This document shows, one piece after another, positions 29,152 through 40,500 of a stretch of 64,000 nt of DNA. The DNA comes from Candidatus Zhuqueibacterota bacterium (GTDB taxonomy: Bacteria > Zhuqueibacterota > Zhuqueibacteria > Thermofontimicrobiales > Thermofontimicrobiaceae). The notes under the pieces were generated by a model that worked only from the letters and a program-made list of their open reading frames with translations, ran no database searches and was not told the origin of the DNA. The stretch is taken from assembly GCA_049322915.1 (NCBI GenBank), contig JBMOPW010000014.1:376983-440982 (forward strand). Direction: 5' to 3'. The position numbers were made by a program, and so were the translations under genes. Numbering within the stretch: the stretch's first letter is position 1; each line of letters opens with the position of its first letter.

Positions 29152-29787
29152 ATGTTCACTGGCATCATCGAAGAAATTGGCACGGTTCGAAACGTGCAGC
29201 GCCGCGGGTCCGGGATCATTCTCGAAATTGGTACGACGATCCTTTTGGATGATTTGAAAGTGGATCAAAGTGTGTCCGTGAATGGCGTGTGCCTCACCGC
29301 GACCGCTGTGAGCGATTCATCTTTCACCGCGGATGCAGTCGCTGAGACATTGGCGAAATCGACGCTGCAGCATGTGAAAAAAAATGATCGCGTCAATCTG
29401 GAACGGGCGCTGCGATTTCCGGATCGGCTGGGAGGACATCTGGTTCAGGGACATGTGGACGGAGTAGGCGTGATCCGAAATTTTGTACACCAGCCCCAGG
29501 GCAGCACGCTTGTCGTGGAAATCCCCGGCGATTTACAGCGATATACAATCCCGAAAGGATCCATTGCCATGGATGGGGTGAGTTTGACCATTGCGGAAAA
29601 GTCATCCAATGTGCTCACTGTGGCGGTCATCCCCCACACGCGACAGCGTACCGTGTTCCAATTTAAAAAAGTCGGGGATGAAGTGAATATCGAAGTCGAT
29701 CTACTAGCCAAATATGTTGAGCAATTCCTGACCAAACAGGGCGAAACAAAAATCACCCTCGATTGGTTAAAGCAGCAAGGTTTTTAG
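29152..29787 (+). CDS. ribE: Riboflavin synthase
   Basis: MFTGIIEE, VNGVCLT, GGHLVQGHVD and VNIEVD. Confidence 0.96.
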   Translation: MFTGIIEEIGTVRNVQRRGSGIILEIGTTILLDDLKVDQSVSVNGVCLTATAVSDSSFTADAVAETLAKSTLQHVKKNDRVNLERALRFPDRLGGHLVQGHVDGVGVIRNFVHQPQGSTLVVEIPGDLQRYTIPKGSIAMDGVSLTIAEKSSNVLTVAVIPHTRQRTVFQFKKVGDEVNIEVDLLAKYVEQFLTKQGETKITLDWLKQQGF

Positions 29788-29822
29788 CCTGCATTATTCA
29801 TAGTATTATTAAAGGAGGCTGG

Positions 29823-29952
29823 CTAACCTGAATGGTACTCTTTTTAGAATAAATGTATAAAAACTGAGTTTCAAAATAGCTTAGCCTTTAGTTAATTGAA
29901 AATCTGAATGTTGACTCAAATTCTGAGCAAGTTCATGAATAATTCAGGTTAG
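29823..29952. repeat. Small element bounded by 11-bp inverted repeats
   Basis: CTAACCTGAAT ... ATTCAGGTTAG between ribE and ribBA. Confidence 0.5.
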
Positions 29953-30034
29953 AGGACAATGGCAAGGATAAAGATGTTGTGAGCGATGCAACTGAATGAA
30001 AAACACGGTATGAAAATTAGATGAAAGAAGCATC

Positions 30035-31258
30035 ATGCATACGTTTAACACCATAGAGCAAGCAATTGAAGATTATCGGGATGGGAAAATTCTCATCGTT
30101 GTGGATGATGAGGACAGGGAGAACGAAGGCGATTTTATCATGGCCGCGACAAAGATCACACCGGAAAAAGTGAATTTCATGGCGAAATACGGGCGCGGAC
30201 TGATTTGCGTCCCAATGACCGAAGAACGGCTGGAGGAACTGGAATTGCACTCCATGGTTCAGCACAATACGGCGCTGCACGGGACGCAGTTCACCGTGTC
30301 TGTAGATGCTGCAAAGAATATCGCCACTGGCATCTCCGCTCTGGACAGGGCGCACACGATAAAACTGTTGGTCGACCCGGTGACCCGCCCGAATGATCTG
30401 GCCCGTCCCGGACATATTTTTCCCATCAAAGCAGAGCCGGGCGGCGTGCTCAGCCGGGCCGGCCACACCGAAGCTGCAATCGATTTGGCGCGACTCTCCG
30501 GGTTGTATGCCGCAGGGGTGTTGTGCGAAATTATGGATGACGACGGCACCATGGCCAAGGTGCCGGAATTGATGAAAGTCGCACACAAACACGATCTGAA
30601 AATAATTACCATTCGGGATTTGATCGCCTACCGGCACCGAACAGAACATTTGGTCGAGCGAAAGGCGGTCACCAAATTTCCAACCAAGTATGGAAATTTC
30701 ACACTGTATTTGTACAAAAGCGCTATCGACGAACATCATCATCTGGCTGTGGTGAAAGGTGATGTGAGCAATGGCGAGCCGGTGATTGTGCGCGTCCATT
30801 CGCAATGCCTGACCGGCGATATTTTGGGATCGCTCCGATGCGATTGTGGCGATCAACTTCACAAGGCCATGGAGATCATCGAAAAAGAGGGCCGTGGAGT
30901 GCTGCTCTACATGCGCCAGGAGGGACGGGGCATTGGTTTATCCAATAAAATTTTAGCCTATCAGTTGCAGGACAATGGCAGAGACACTGTGGAAGCGAAT
31001 GAGGAGTTGGGTTTCAAGCCGGATCTGCGTGACTATGGAATTGGCGCTCAAATTTTATCCGACCTCGGCATCAAGAAAATCCGACTGCTCACGAACAATC
31101 CTAAAAAAATCGTTGGATTGAAAGGCTATGGGCTGGAAGTTGTGGAGAGAATTCCTGTGGAAATTCCACCCAATGAATGCAATGCCCATTATTTGCAAAC
31201 CAAGCGGGACAAGTTGGGCCATTTGATTCTGAATGGTGATTCTAAATTCTGCGACTGA
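30035..31258 (+). CDS. ribBA: Bifunctional DHBP synthase / GTP cyclohydrolase II
   Basis: [32 protein letters not shown] ... RCDC, QEGRGIG and LTNNP. Confidence 0.97.
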   Translation: MHTFNTIEQAIEDYRDGKILIVVDDEDRENEGDFIMAATKITPEKVNFMAKYGRGLICVPMTEERLEELELHSMVQHNTALHGTQFTVSVDAAKNIATGISALDRAHTIKLLVDPVTRPNDLARPGHIFPIKAEPGGVLSRAGHTEAAIDLARLSGLYAAGVLCEIMDDDGTMAKVPELMKVAHKHDLKIITIRDLIAYRHRTEHLVERKAVTKFPTKYGNFTLYLYKSAIDEHHHLAVVKGDVSNGEPVIVRVHSQCLTGDILGSLRCDCGDQLHKAMEIIEKEGRGVLLYMRQEGRGIGLSNKILAYQLQDNGRDTVEANEELGFKPDLRDYGIGAQILSDLGIKKIRLLTNNPKKIVGLKGYGLEVVERIPVEIPPNECNAHYLQTKRDKLGHLILNGDSKFCD

Positions 31259-31475
31259 GAGTGTCGCATCAGCCCATATCACTGCCGGCAATTCTTAGTG
31301 GAGACCGCGTTGATGCGGAGCGTATTGTGAGAAGCGTCAGCGGAATGCGCCGGGGTTTCAGACGTTCGATCAACGTAGCGGAGATGTATCGTGATGTTTG
31401 AGCAAGTGCAATCTGCCGTATTCGATGGGCGCGCTCTGCGCATGAATGATGTTTATACTTAGCGATGGAGGTTTT

Positions 31476-31940
31476 ATGCCTACAATATATCAGGGCAAAC
31501 TGCTGGGCAAGAACAAGAAATTCGGTATTGTGGTGAGCCGGTTCAACGAGTTCATTTCCTCAAAATTACTGGCCGGCGCGCTGGATTGCTTTCAGCGGCA
31601 TGATGTGAGCGACGACGACATCGATATTGCCTGGGTGCCGGGTTCATTCGAAATACCGCTCACCGCGCTGCGAATGGCGCAGAGCAAAAAATATGGTGCT
31701 GTCCTCTGCCTCGGTGCGGTCATTCGCGGAGCAACGCCGCACTTCGATTATATCGCCGCTGAAGTGTCCAAAGGCATTGCTCAGGTAAACATGCAGACGG
31801 GTGTGCCCACTGTGTACGGAGTTATCACGGCCGATACGATTGAACAGGCAATTGAACGCGCCGGAACCAAGGCCGGCAATAAAGGCTGGGACGGCGCCAT
31901 GACTGCGCTGGAGATGGTAGACCTCTTCAACAAAATGTAA
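31476..31940 (+). CDS. ribH: Lumazine synthase
   Basis: [22 protein letters not shown] and GNKG. ATG 31476 follows GGAGG. Confidence 0.97.
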   Translation: MPTIYQGKLLGKNKKFGIVVSRFNEFISSKLLAGALDCFQRHDVSDDDIDIAWVPGSFEIPLTALRMAQSKKYGAVLCLGAVIRGATPHFDYIAAEVSKGIAQVNMQTGVPTVYGVITADTIEQAIERAGTKAGNKGWDGAMTALEMVDLFNKM

Positions 31941-32029
31941 TCGTTTATTTTTCAAAAAATGAAGGCGTCGTTCGCTGATCCGATCGGATTGATGATGACC
32001 CATGATGCTCACAAATAAGAATTTTATCT

Positions 32030-34246
32030 ATGAATAAAAAATACCTGCTCACCTGGCTGGCACTTCTGGCGTTCACTCCCATCCTGTCAGCCGGGGTTGG
32101 TGATTGGATAACCTTCACCAGCCAAAACGATGTTCGCGATATTGCAGTCATTGATGACAAAGTCTGGTGCGCCACGAACGGCGGTGTATTTCATTATGAA
32201 ATTCAGACCGGCGAATTTTATCAATTCAACAACACCAATGGCCTTTCTTCTGTGGATGCACGCGCCATTAAAGAGGATAATGCCGGGACCATCTGGCTTG
32301 GCTTCGGCGATGGAGCGCTGAATGCATTTGACCCGGCGACGGGACAATGGACAGAAGTGAATGATTACAAAGGCTATTTCATTTTCGACATTGAAACGTA
32401 CGGAGACTCCCTGCTCATTGCGCTGGATATTGGGATCAGTCTGTACGATATTCGAAAAAGTGAAGTAAAAGAGACCTATAAAAATCTGGGATGGAAACAG
32501 GCGGATGGCAGTCCTGCCGTTGATATTGCGGTGACCGGAATCGTGATTGTCGGTCGGGATATCTGGGCGCTGTGCGAACTGGGCGTGGTGAAGTCCAGTT
32601 TCGATCTGGCCAATTTGATGGCTCCGGAAAGCTGGACCAACTACACCACGGAGCAGGGGCTTCCCAGCACTACCATGAAGTCGATCCAGGTTCACGAGGG
32701 TTCTGTCTTCATTGCGACCGATTCCGGCGTCGCTGTATTCCGGAATGGTAGCTGGGTGACGATCAATTCGAATTTGCCCGCTTTGAACATCATTGACCTC
32801 AGCTCCAATGGGACAAAATTAATGGCTGCCAGCCAGAGTCAGGTCGTGGAATGGAATTCCACCTCCGAAATGTGGCAGGTGATAGGGGCGAAGATTAGCA
32901 CCATCAGTTGTCTGTTTGTCACCGGACAGGACGACATCTGGGTTGGTCGCAAAAAAGGCGGCAGCAGCAAAGGTTTTGCGCACTACGTTTCTGAGACAGG
33001 AGTCTGGCAGGAACTGGTGGCCCCGGGACCTCCCGGCAATGAGTTCAACTGCCTAGCTGTGGACCAGGAAGGCATTCTCTGGTGCGGTTCAAATAGTGAC
33101 GGCATTTTCAGTTTCGATGGCCAGACCTGGCGGCAATTCGACACGAAAGCGGGATTGCTGAGCAATCGGATAAAATCCGTATCCATCGATTCGCACAATC
33201 GAAAATGGTTCGGTACGGTTGGTGGGGGCCTCGCCCTCATCGATGAAAACGATAGCTTATCTGTATTTTACAAAGAAGTACTATCCGGCATTGCTGAAGA
33301 CGCCAACTTCGTTCTAATTTCCGACGTGAAAGTCGATGTGTACGACAATGTCTGGGTGCTCAATTCCGCCGCTGTCAATAGCAACATCATTGCGGTGTAT
33401 ACCGCGGCGCGTGACTGGCAGTACTTCGCGGAGCAGGAAGGATTTCTCAGCATGTTTGTGAACACCGTCTCCTTCGATGCAAATCATCGAGTCTGGATCG
33501 GTTCCGAGGAAGGTGTGAATGTGCTCGATTACAATAATACGTTATTCGATAAAACAGATGATGATTTGTCCGGAACCCTGCAGGTCGTCGATGGATTGGA
33601 AGCGAATGTGGTCAAAGATCTGGCAGTTGACTCCGACAATATTGTCTGGATTTCCACGAGCGGCGGAATGAATTATTGGGATCCGTCCACCAATCCGCCC
33701 AGCGTTAAGACACAAGCCGGCTTGTTGAGCAACACCATCAACGCCATCGAAGTGGACATTCGAAATAATAAGTGGTTCGGAACCTCGGAGGGAGTGAGTC
33801 TGCTGGCTTCTGATGGATACACATTGACGCATTACACGACGGAGAATAGTTCGTTGGTCAATAACAATGTCACATCATTTGGATTTGATGCGGAAACCGG
33901 ACGTGTTTACATTGGTACGGCGAACGGACTGTCCTGCCTTGAGACGCCCTTTTCGCGGCCTCGGGAAAATCTTGACCAGGTCACTTTCGGGCCCAATCCT
34001 TTTATGAGCAATGGTAACCAGGAGTTTATCATTTCGAATTTGGCCGACGATGTAGCCATAAAATTTATGACAGAGAATGGCATGGTGGTCCGTTCTCTTT
34101 CCAATAATGAAATTTTTGGTTCGCAGGCCAGTTGGGATGGGAAGAATGATAATGACGAGTTTGTGAGAAGTGGTGTGTACGTCTTCATCATTTACAACGA
34201 AGAGACTGGATTAAACCGAACCGGCAAGGTCGCCGTGATTCATTGA
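32030..34246 (+). CDS. PorZ-like beta-propeller protein with T9SS-like C-terminal domain
   Basis: Repeated propeller blades (W.GT..G, GL.SN.I..I..D) and C-terminal GPNPF ... WDGKN ... SGVYVF ... KVAVIH. Confidence 0.8.
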   Translation: MNKKYLLTWLALLAFTPILSAGVGDWITFTSQNDVRDIAVIDDKVWCATNGGVFHYEIQTGEFYQFNNTNGLSSVDARAIKEDNAGTIWLGFGDGALNAFDPATGQWTEVNDYKGYFIFDIETYGDSLLIALDIGISLYDIRKSEVKETYKNLGWKQADGSPAVDIAVTGIVIVGRDIWALCELGVVKSSFDLANLMAPESWTNYTTEQGLPSTTMKSIQVHEGSVFIATDSGVAVFRNGSWVTINSNLPALNIIDLSSNGTKLMAASQSQVVEWNSTSEMWQVIGAKISTISCLFVTGQDDIWVGRKKGGSSKGFAHYVSETGVWQELVAPGPPGNEFNCLAVDQEGILWCGSNSDGIFSFDGQTWRQFDTKAGLLSNRIKSVSIDSHNRKWFGTVGGGLALIDENDSLSVFYKEVLSGIAEDANFVLISDVKVDVYDNVWVLNSAAVNSNIIAVYTAARDWQYFAEQEGFLSMFVNTVSFDANHRVWIGSEEGVNVLDYNNTLFDKTDDDLSGTLQVVDGLEANVVKDLAVDSDNIVWISTSGGMNYWDPSTNPPSVKTQAGLLSNTINAIEVDIRNNKWFGTSEGVSLLASDGYTLTHYTTENSSLVNNNVTSFGFDAETGRVYIGTANGLSCLETPFSRPRENLDQVTFGPNPFMSNGNQEFIISNLADDVAIKFMTENGMVVRSLSNNEIFGSQASWDGKNDNDEFVRSGVYVFIIYNEETGLNRTGKVAVIH

Positions 34247-34324
34247 TAACTGCAAAATTTTCTAAGCCAACCATCACGCGCCTATTTTAAAGAGCAAGAC
34301 AAAATCGGAAGGTGACATTGCAGC

Positions 34325-36052
34325 ATGTTGAAAAGCCTTCATATCGAAAACTTTGCCCTGATCGACAAACTCGATATTGAATTTGAACCGGGTCTCAATA
34401 TTATCACCGGGGAAACCGGGGCTGGAAAATCTATCCTCATCGATGCGCTGGGTTCCACGATTGGCGAAAAAATCAGCAGTGAGTCACTGCGCAAAGGCTC
34501 GAACCGTGCAGTGGTGGAGGGCATTTTCTCCATCAAATGTCTGGATGAATTGAGAAGATATCTCAAAGATTCCAATCTGGAAGATTTTGACGACATCATC
34601 ATCCTCAGGAAAGAGATATCGGATAGCCTTCGCAATCGTGCATTTGTGAACGACTCGCCGGTGCCGAATACGAACCTGATTGACATCGGGGATCACCTGG
34701 TTGACCTTCATGGTCAGCATGAGCATCAGTCGCTGCTCAATGTGAATTATCACATCAAATACCTGGATGAATTTGGCGGGTTTCGGGTGCAGTTGGAACA
34801 GGTGGAGCGGAGTTATACGCAATTTACGCGGCTCAAAGAAAAATTAACTCTGCTGCAGCAACGGGAAAAAACGATTGCAGAAAAGCGAGATGTCTATCAA
34901 TTTCAGATTTCGGAAATTGATAATGTGAAACCGCTTCCCGGCGAAGACGCCGAACTGACGCAGGAAGAAAAAATACTGAAGAACGCTGAAAAATTATTCC
35001 AGACCGCGTCCGAGTTGTTCAGCGAATTGTATGAAAATGAGCAGTCCGTTTACGACCGCATTTCCGATGGCCTGAAAAAATTCGAAGAGCTGGTGGAAAT
35101 TGATGCCAGGCTTGCCGCAACCAAATCCGAATTCGAGGCCGCCCAGGTTGCCGTCGAAGAGGTTGCCAAGTTCATACAGCGCTATACAGATGATATCGAA
35201 TTTAATCAGGAACGACTGGAGGCTATTCGGGCTCGGTTGAGTCTGCTTTCCGGATTGAAGCGGAAGTATCACCGCTCATTGGAAGAGTTGGTTTCATTTC
35301 GGGAAAGTCTGGAACAGGAATTGCTATCGATTGAGAATCTGGAAGCGGAGATTATCGACGTCCAAAATAAAATTGAAGATGAACGAAGCCATCTGAGTCA
35401 ACTGTGTCTCGATCTTTCATCGCAGCGGTCGAAAGTTGCGGCGGAATTGGAAACGCTGGTGGTGGAGCAGTTGGGTCAATTGGGCATGAAAAACGCTAAA
35501 TTTAACATAACAATTCAGCGAACGCCGGATGAAAATGGCGCGGTACTGGTCGAGGGTGGCCATTACCGGGCCACTGCGCTGGGCATTGATCAGGTAGAAT
35601 TTTTCATCTCGGCAAATGTGGGGGAAGAAGTCAAACCATTAGCCAAAGTCGCTTCAGGCGGTGAAGTTTCCCGAATTATGCTTGCGATAAAATCGTCACT
35701 GGCGCGGGCGGACAGAATTCCCGTGCTGATCTTTGACGAGATTGATATTGGAATTTCCGGTCGCATCGCGCAGGCTGTCGGACTCAGCCTGAAACGGCTG
35801 TCCAAGACGCATCAGGTCATCTGCATCACGCACCTGCCCCAGATTGCCAGCATGGCGGATCAGCATTTTGTCGTCGAAAAATTTTCTGACGATACCTCCA
35901 CCCGAACGCGGGTTCGAAAGTTACAAAATAATGAGCGCGCATTTGAGGTTGCCAAACTTTTGGGTGGCGAATCCGTCAGCGAAACCCACATCAAAGGCGC
36001 CGTCGAATTGATCGAAGAAGCCAATAAATTCAGCGAGCAATTGAAGAATTAG
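34325..36052 (+). CDS. recN: DNA repair protein RecN
   Basis: TGETGAGKS, HGQHEHQ, ASGGEVSR, FDEID and ITHLPQIA. Confidence 0.97.
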   Translation: MLKSLHIENFALIDKLDIEFEPGLNIITGETGAGKSILIDALGSTIGEKISSESLRKGSNRAVVEGIFSIKCLDELRRYLKDSNLEDFDDIIILRKEISDSLRNRAFVNDSPVPNTNLIDIGDHLVDLHGQHEHQSLLNVNYHIKYLDEFGGFRVQLEQVERSYTQFTRLKEKLTLLQQREKTIAEKRDVYQFQISEIDNVKPLPGEDAELTQEEKILKNAEKLFQTASELFSELYENEQSVYDRISDGLKKFEELVEIDARLAATKSEFEAAQVAVEEVAKFIQRYTDDIEFNQERLEAIRARLSLLSGLKRKYHRSLEELVSFRESLEQELLSIENLEAEIIDVQNKIEDERSHLSQLCLDLSSQRSKVAAELETLVVEQLGQLGMKNAKFNITIQRTPDENGAVLVEGGHYRATALGIDQVEFFISANVGEEVKPLAKVASGGEVSRIMLAIKSSLARADRIPVLIFDEIDIGISGRIAQAVGLSLKRLSKTHQVICITHLPQIASMADQHFVVEKFSDDTSTRTRVRKLQNNERAFEVAKLLGGESVSETHIKGAVELIEEANKFSEQLKN

Positions 36053-36145
36053 ACTGTTTTTGATGTTGTTTTTAACTGTCAATATTTTAATGTGATAGAC
36101 ATAAAATTAAAGTAAGTTTTTAAAAGTTATTTTTTTGTAAAGTGG

Positions 36146-36174
36146 TTGCAATTTAGTTTTTTTTTCCCTATAAT
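36146..36174 (+). promoter_or_regulatory. sigma70 promoter
   Basis: TTGCAA-N17-TATAAT. Confidence 0.65.
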
Positions 36175-36351
36175 ATGTCTGCTCGGTAAATTCAGTGTAC
36201 GGAAAGACAAAAACGTTCAGGAGGTGATACACAAATCCATACCTTTGTTTTCCTTTCTGACTGATGAGGGCTCTATGGGCAAGGTATCATTAATTACATC
36301 GGTGATGTACACCGTGACGGGTAACAACGATTTTTTTAGGAGGATATTTTC

Positions 36352-37446
36352 ATGAAAAACACCAGGACTCTCATTAGTTCCTCCATTGTTTCGTTTGTCA
36401 TTGTCACACTGGGGCTGTTCATGCTGTGCATGAGCCGCGCGCCGCACGTGAACTATGATGAACCTCTCATTGATGGTGGTGGTGTTGCATCAGATTCTGT
36501 TCAAGTGAGCGACGAAGATTTTCTGAAATTGTTGGATGAGGCCTCAGGCGACAATTCGCAGCCAGATGACAATCAACAACTGGCAGAGGACAATTCGAAT
36601 AGCGGAGACGATAGCCAATTCTCTGATATTTGGAACGAAGGCACTGGAGAGAATACAGCTACGGAACAATCGCCGGAGAGCGGCGACGAGGGCATGGCGG
36701 AAATTTTACGCCTGCTTGAAATAGGCGACGATGCCGGCAATACATCTGCTGGCGAAGATGGTGGGCAGAAACTCACCGCAACTGAATATGGGGAAAGCGG
36801 TGGTTCATCTGAAAATGCCAGTCTTTCCTCCAATTCAGCGGATCAACTCACGGAAGAAATCGACCGGTTAGAGGGCGTGTTAGCAGATCGCAGTACTGAG
36901 ATTCAGAGCCTTCAGACCGAGATCGATGATTATAATAAGAAGATCGCCGAGTTCGATTCCGATGTCAGTTCCTCTGCCGCTTCGAATACGATTCAAAAAG
37001 CAAGCTATCAGGAAACGAGCGCATCGGAAGAGTCGGAAACCCGGGAATACGAAACGCATTCGCCATCTTTTTCCAGCGATGATTTTGAGACGAATTACAA
37101 TAGCGTAATGGAATTGTGCCTGTCGCGTCAATACCCCCAGGCCATCGACGGTTTTTACGCGTTGCTTCAGCAAAATCCCCATCATGACCTGGCGGACAAC
37201 TGCCAATATTGGCTTGGCGAATGCTATTACGCCCGGGGAGATTATTTCCAGGCTGTGGCTGAGTTCAACAAAGTTCTGGCATTCGAATCGCCGGACAAAC
37301 AGGACGATGCTCAATTGATGCTGGGCCTTGCTTTTATGAAGATTGGCGAGAGAAATATGGCGCGCTCGGAGTTGGACTGGCTTCTCTCCTGTTACGACGC
37401 CAGTGAGTATGTGAATAAGGCGAATTTTTATTTAGAAAGACTATAG
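36352..37446 (+). CDS. CpoB/YbgF-like TPR protein with long acidic linker and coiled coil
   Basis: N-terminal hydrophobic segment ending in Cys. C-terminal LADNCQYWLGECYY ... KQDDAQLMLG TPR region. Confidence 0.8.
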   Translation: MKNTRTLISSSIVSFVIVTLGLFMLCMSRAPHVNYDEPLIDGGGVASDSVQVSDEDFLKLLDEASGDNSQPDDNQQLAEDNSNSGDDSQFSDIWNEGTGENTATEQSPESGDEGMAEILRLLEIGDDAGNTSAGEDGGQKLTATEYGESGGSSENASLSSNSADQLTEEIDRLEGVLADRSTEIQSLQTEIDDYNKKIAEFDSDVSSSAASNTIQKASYQETSASEESETREYETHSPSFSSDDFETNYNSVMELCLSRQYPQAIDGFYALLQQNPHHDLADNCQYWLGECYYARGDYFQAVAEFNKVLAFESPDKQDDAQLMLGLAFMKIGERNMARSELDWLLSCYDASEYVNKANFYLERL

Positions 37447-37597
37447 AACGATTAAAGTGGGAAGAATCATAAGAACAGAAGCTTCCCACTTCTTATATTA
37501 TCCTGTACTTGACCTGCAATCGACGTGCTGCATCTGAGATAAATTCCAATTTCATTTTGAGTCAAGCGTTTTTTTTTATCAAAGGAATTATCAAGCC

Positions 37598-40500
37598 ATG
37601 GCTGATTTTGTACATTTGCATAATCATACCCATTATAGCCTGTTGGATGGCGCATGTAAAATTGACGATATGCTGGAAACAGCCAAAAATTTTGGCATGG
37701 ATGCGCTGGCCATTACCGATCACGGCAATATGTTCGGCGCGATTGAATTTTATAAAAAGGCGAACAAGGCGAAAATTAAACCGATCATCGGGGCAGAGGT
37801 TTATATTGCGCCGGCCAGCCGATTCACAAAGACGTCAGGCAAGTCAGGCGGGAGTGATACATCGTTTCATCTGGTTCTGTTAGCTAAAAATAACCAGGGG
37901 TACAAGAACCTGATGAAGCTGGTCTCCATCGGCTATCTGGAAGGATTTTATTACAAACCCAGAATCGATAAAGAAGTCCTGAAGCAGTATTCCGATGGGA
38001 TAATCGCCTTAACGGCCTGCCTGAAAGGGGAAGTGGCTCAAAAAATAGTGCGCGGCCAAATCGATGAAGCAGAGCGCGCGGCACTGGAATACCGTGAAAT
38101 TTTCAAAGATGATTTTTATCTTGAAATTCATCGCCACAACATCCCTGAAGAAGAGATCGTGCTCAACGCCATGACGGAGTTGAGCGCAAAGCTGAGCATT
38201 CCCCTCGTTGCCACGAATGATATTCATTACCTGAAAAAAGAGCACGCATTTGCACATGACATTTTGCTCTGTCTGCAAACCGGCAAAAATATCAAAGACC
38301 AGAATCGCATGCGATACACTACGGAGGAGGTCTATTTCAAATCGCCCGAGCAGATGAAGGAGCTGTTCCACGATTTTCCTGATGCGATTCAAAGGACGGT
38401 GGAGATTGCGAACAAGTGCCATCTAGAACTCGATACCAAAACGATTCACCTGCCGAGTTACACCGTGCCGGATGAGCACCAAGGTTCCACGCTGGATGAA
38501 TATTTGAGATACCTGACCGAGGAAGGCGTCAGAGATCGATATTCGGAGATCACCCCGGCGCTGCAGAAGCGCATGGACCATGAACTAGCCGTCATCCAGA
38601 AGATGGGATATGCCGGGTATTTTCTGATTGTCAAGGATTTTATCGATGCAGCACGGCAGCGGGATATTCCAGTCGGGCCGGGGCGCGGCTCCGCCGCCGG
38701 CAGTCTGGTGTCGTATGCGCTTCGCATCACTAATATCGACCCCATCGAATACGACCTGCTTTTTGAGCGATTCCTGAACCCGGAGCGGGTGAGCATGCCG
38801 GATATTGACATTGATTTTTGCTACGAACGCAGGGAAGAGGTCATCCAGTATGTGAAGGAAAAATATGGCGACAAAAATGTCACCCAGATCATCACATTTG
38901 GAACAATGGCGGCGCGCGGCGTGATTCGTGATGTGGGGCGCGTGCTGGAGATCAGTTTGTCGGATGTGGACAAGATCGCCAAATTGATCCCGGCTACGCT
39001 GGGCATGACGCTGGATAAAGCGCTGGAACTCGTCCCTGAGCTTCGGGATGTGGCCAAACAGGATGACGTACATCGGCAGCTCATTGAAAATTCCAGAATT
39101 CTGGAAGGGCTGGCGCGCCATTCGTCCATACATGCGGCCGGTGTGGTGATCACTCCCGGTGAATTGACGAATTATATGCCGCTGTTCAAATCGAGCCAGG
39201 GCGATGTCACCACGCAATTCGACATGAAAAGTCTCGACTCGGTTGGCGTCCTGAAGATGGACTTCCTGGGATTGCGCACGCTCACGGTGATGGACGATAC
39301 GTTGAAGCTGCTCAGAAAACGCGGCGTCGAATTAGACCTGGATGCATTGAATCTCGAAGATCCGGACACATTCAAAATCTTCGGCAACGGCGAAACCATC
39401 GGCGTCTTTCAATTTGAAAGTTCCGGCATGCGCGATTGCCTGCGACGACTTCAGCCGCAGCGCATCGGCGACCTCATTGCCATGAACGCGCTTTATCGGC
39501 CGGGGCCCATGGACATGATCGATGATTTTATCAATCGCAAGCATGGCCGAACGTCGATCGAATACCTGCATCCCATGCTGGAACCTATCCTGCGGGACAC
39601 GTACGGGGTGATGGTGTATCAGGAGCAGGTGATGCGCGTGGCAAGCGATCTGGCGGGATTCAGCCTGGGAGCGGCGGATCTGTTGCGCCGCGCCATGGGA
39701 AAGAAAGAGCACGCGCTCATGACCGAGCAACGGCTGCTGTTCGTTCAAGGCGCTGCAAAGAATGGCATCGATGAAAAGTCCGCCGATGAAATTTTCACGT
39801 TGATGGCAAAATTCGCCGGCTATGGTTTCAATAAATCGCACGCAGCCGGCTATTCTCTGGTCGCCTATCAGACGGCTTATTTGAAGGCGCATTATCCAGC
39901 GGAGTTCATGGCCGCCAACATGACCAGTGAAATGAACAACACCAGCCGCATCGTGATTCTCATGGAGGAATGCCGGCGGATGGGAATTCAAATCCTGCCG
40001 CCGGATGTGAATGAGAGCTCCATCGAGTTCACCGTGGTCGGCAATAGCATTCGGTTCGGACTCGGCGCCGTGAAAAATGTGGGTAAAAATGCTCTGACTT
40101 CCATCCTCAATGCCCGTGAGAAAACAGGTAAGTTCAAGACAATTTTCGACCTGTTTCAGGAGATTGACACCCGGCTCGTGAATAAAAAAGTGCTGGAAAG
40201 CCTGATCCAGGCTGGCGCGCTCGATTCGCTGGATGGGCATCGCGCTCAGCTCGTGGCAAGTCTGGACCTCGCGTCCGGCTATTGCCAGAGTTTCGCTGCC
40301 CATCGGGCGAATGGTCAGACCAGCATTTTCGATGCCGGCGACAGCAATGTTGCCCTGGAATTGCCGCAGCTTCCCAAAGTCGAACCGTGGGGAAAATCCG
40401 AGCAGTTATCCAGGGAAAAGGAGTTGCTGGGATTTTATTTCTCCGGCCATCCATTGTCCAAATTTGATCTTGAAATGCAGATGTTTTCCAAGCAAACTCT

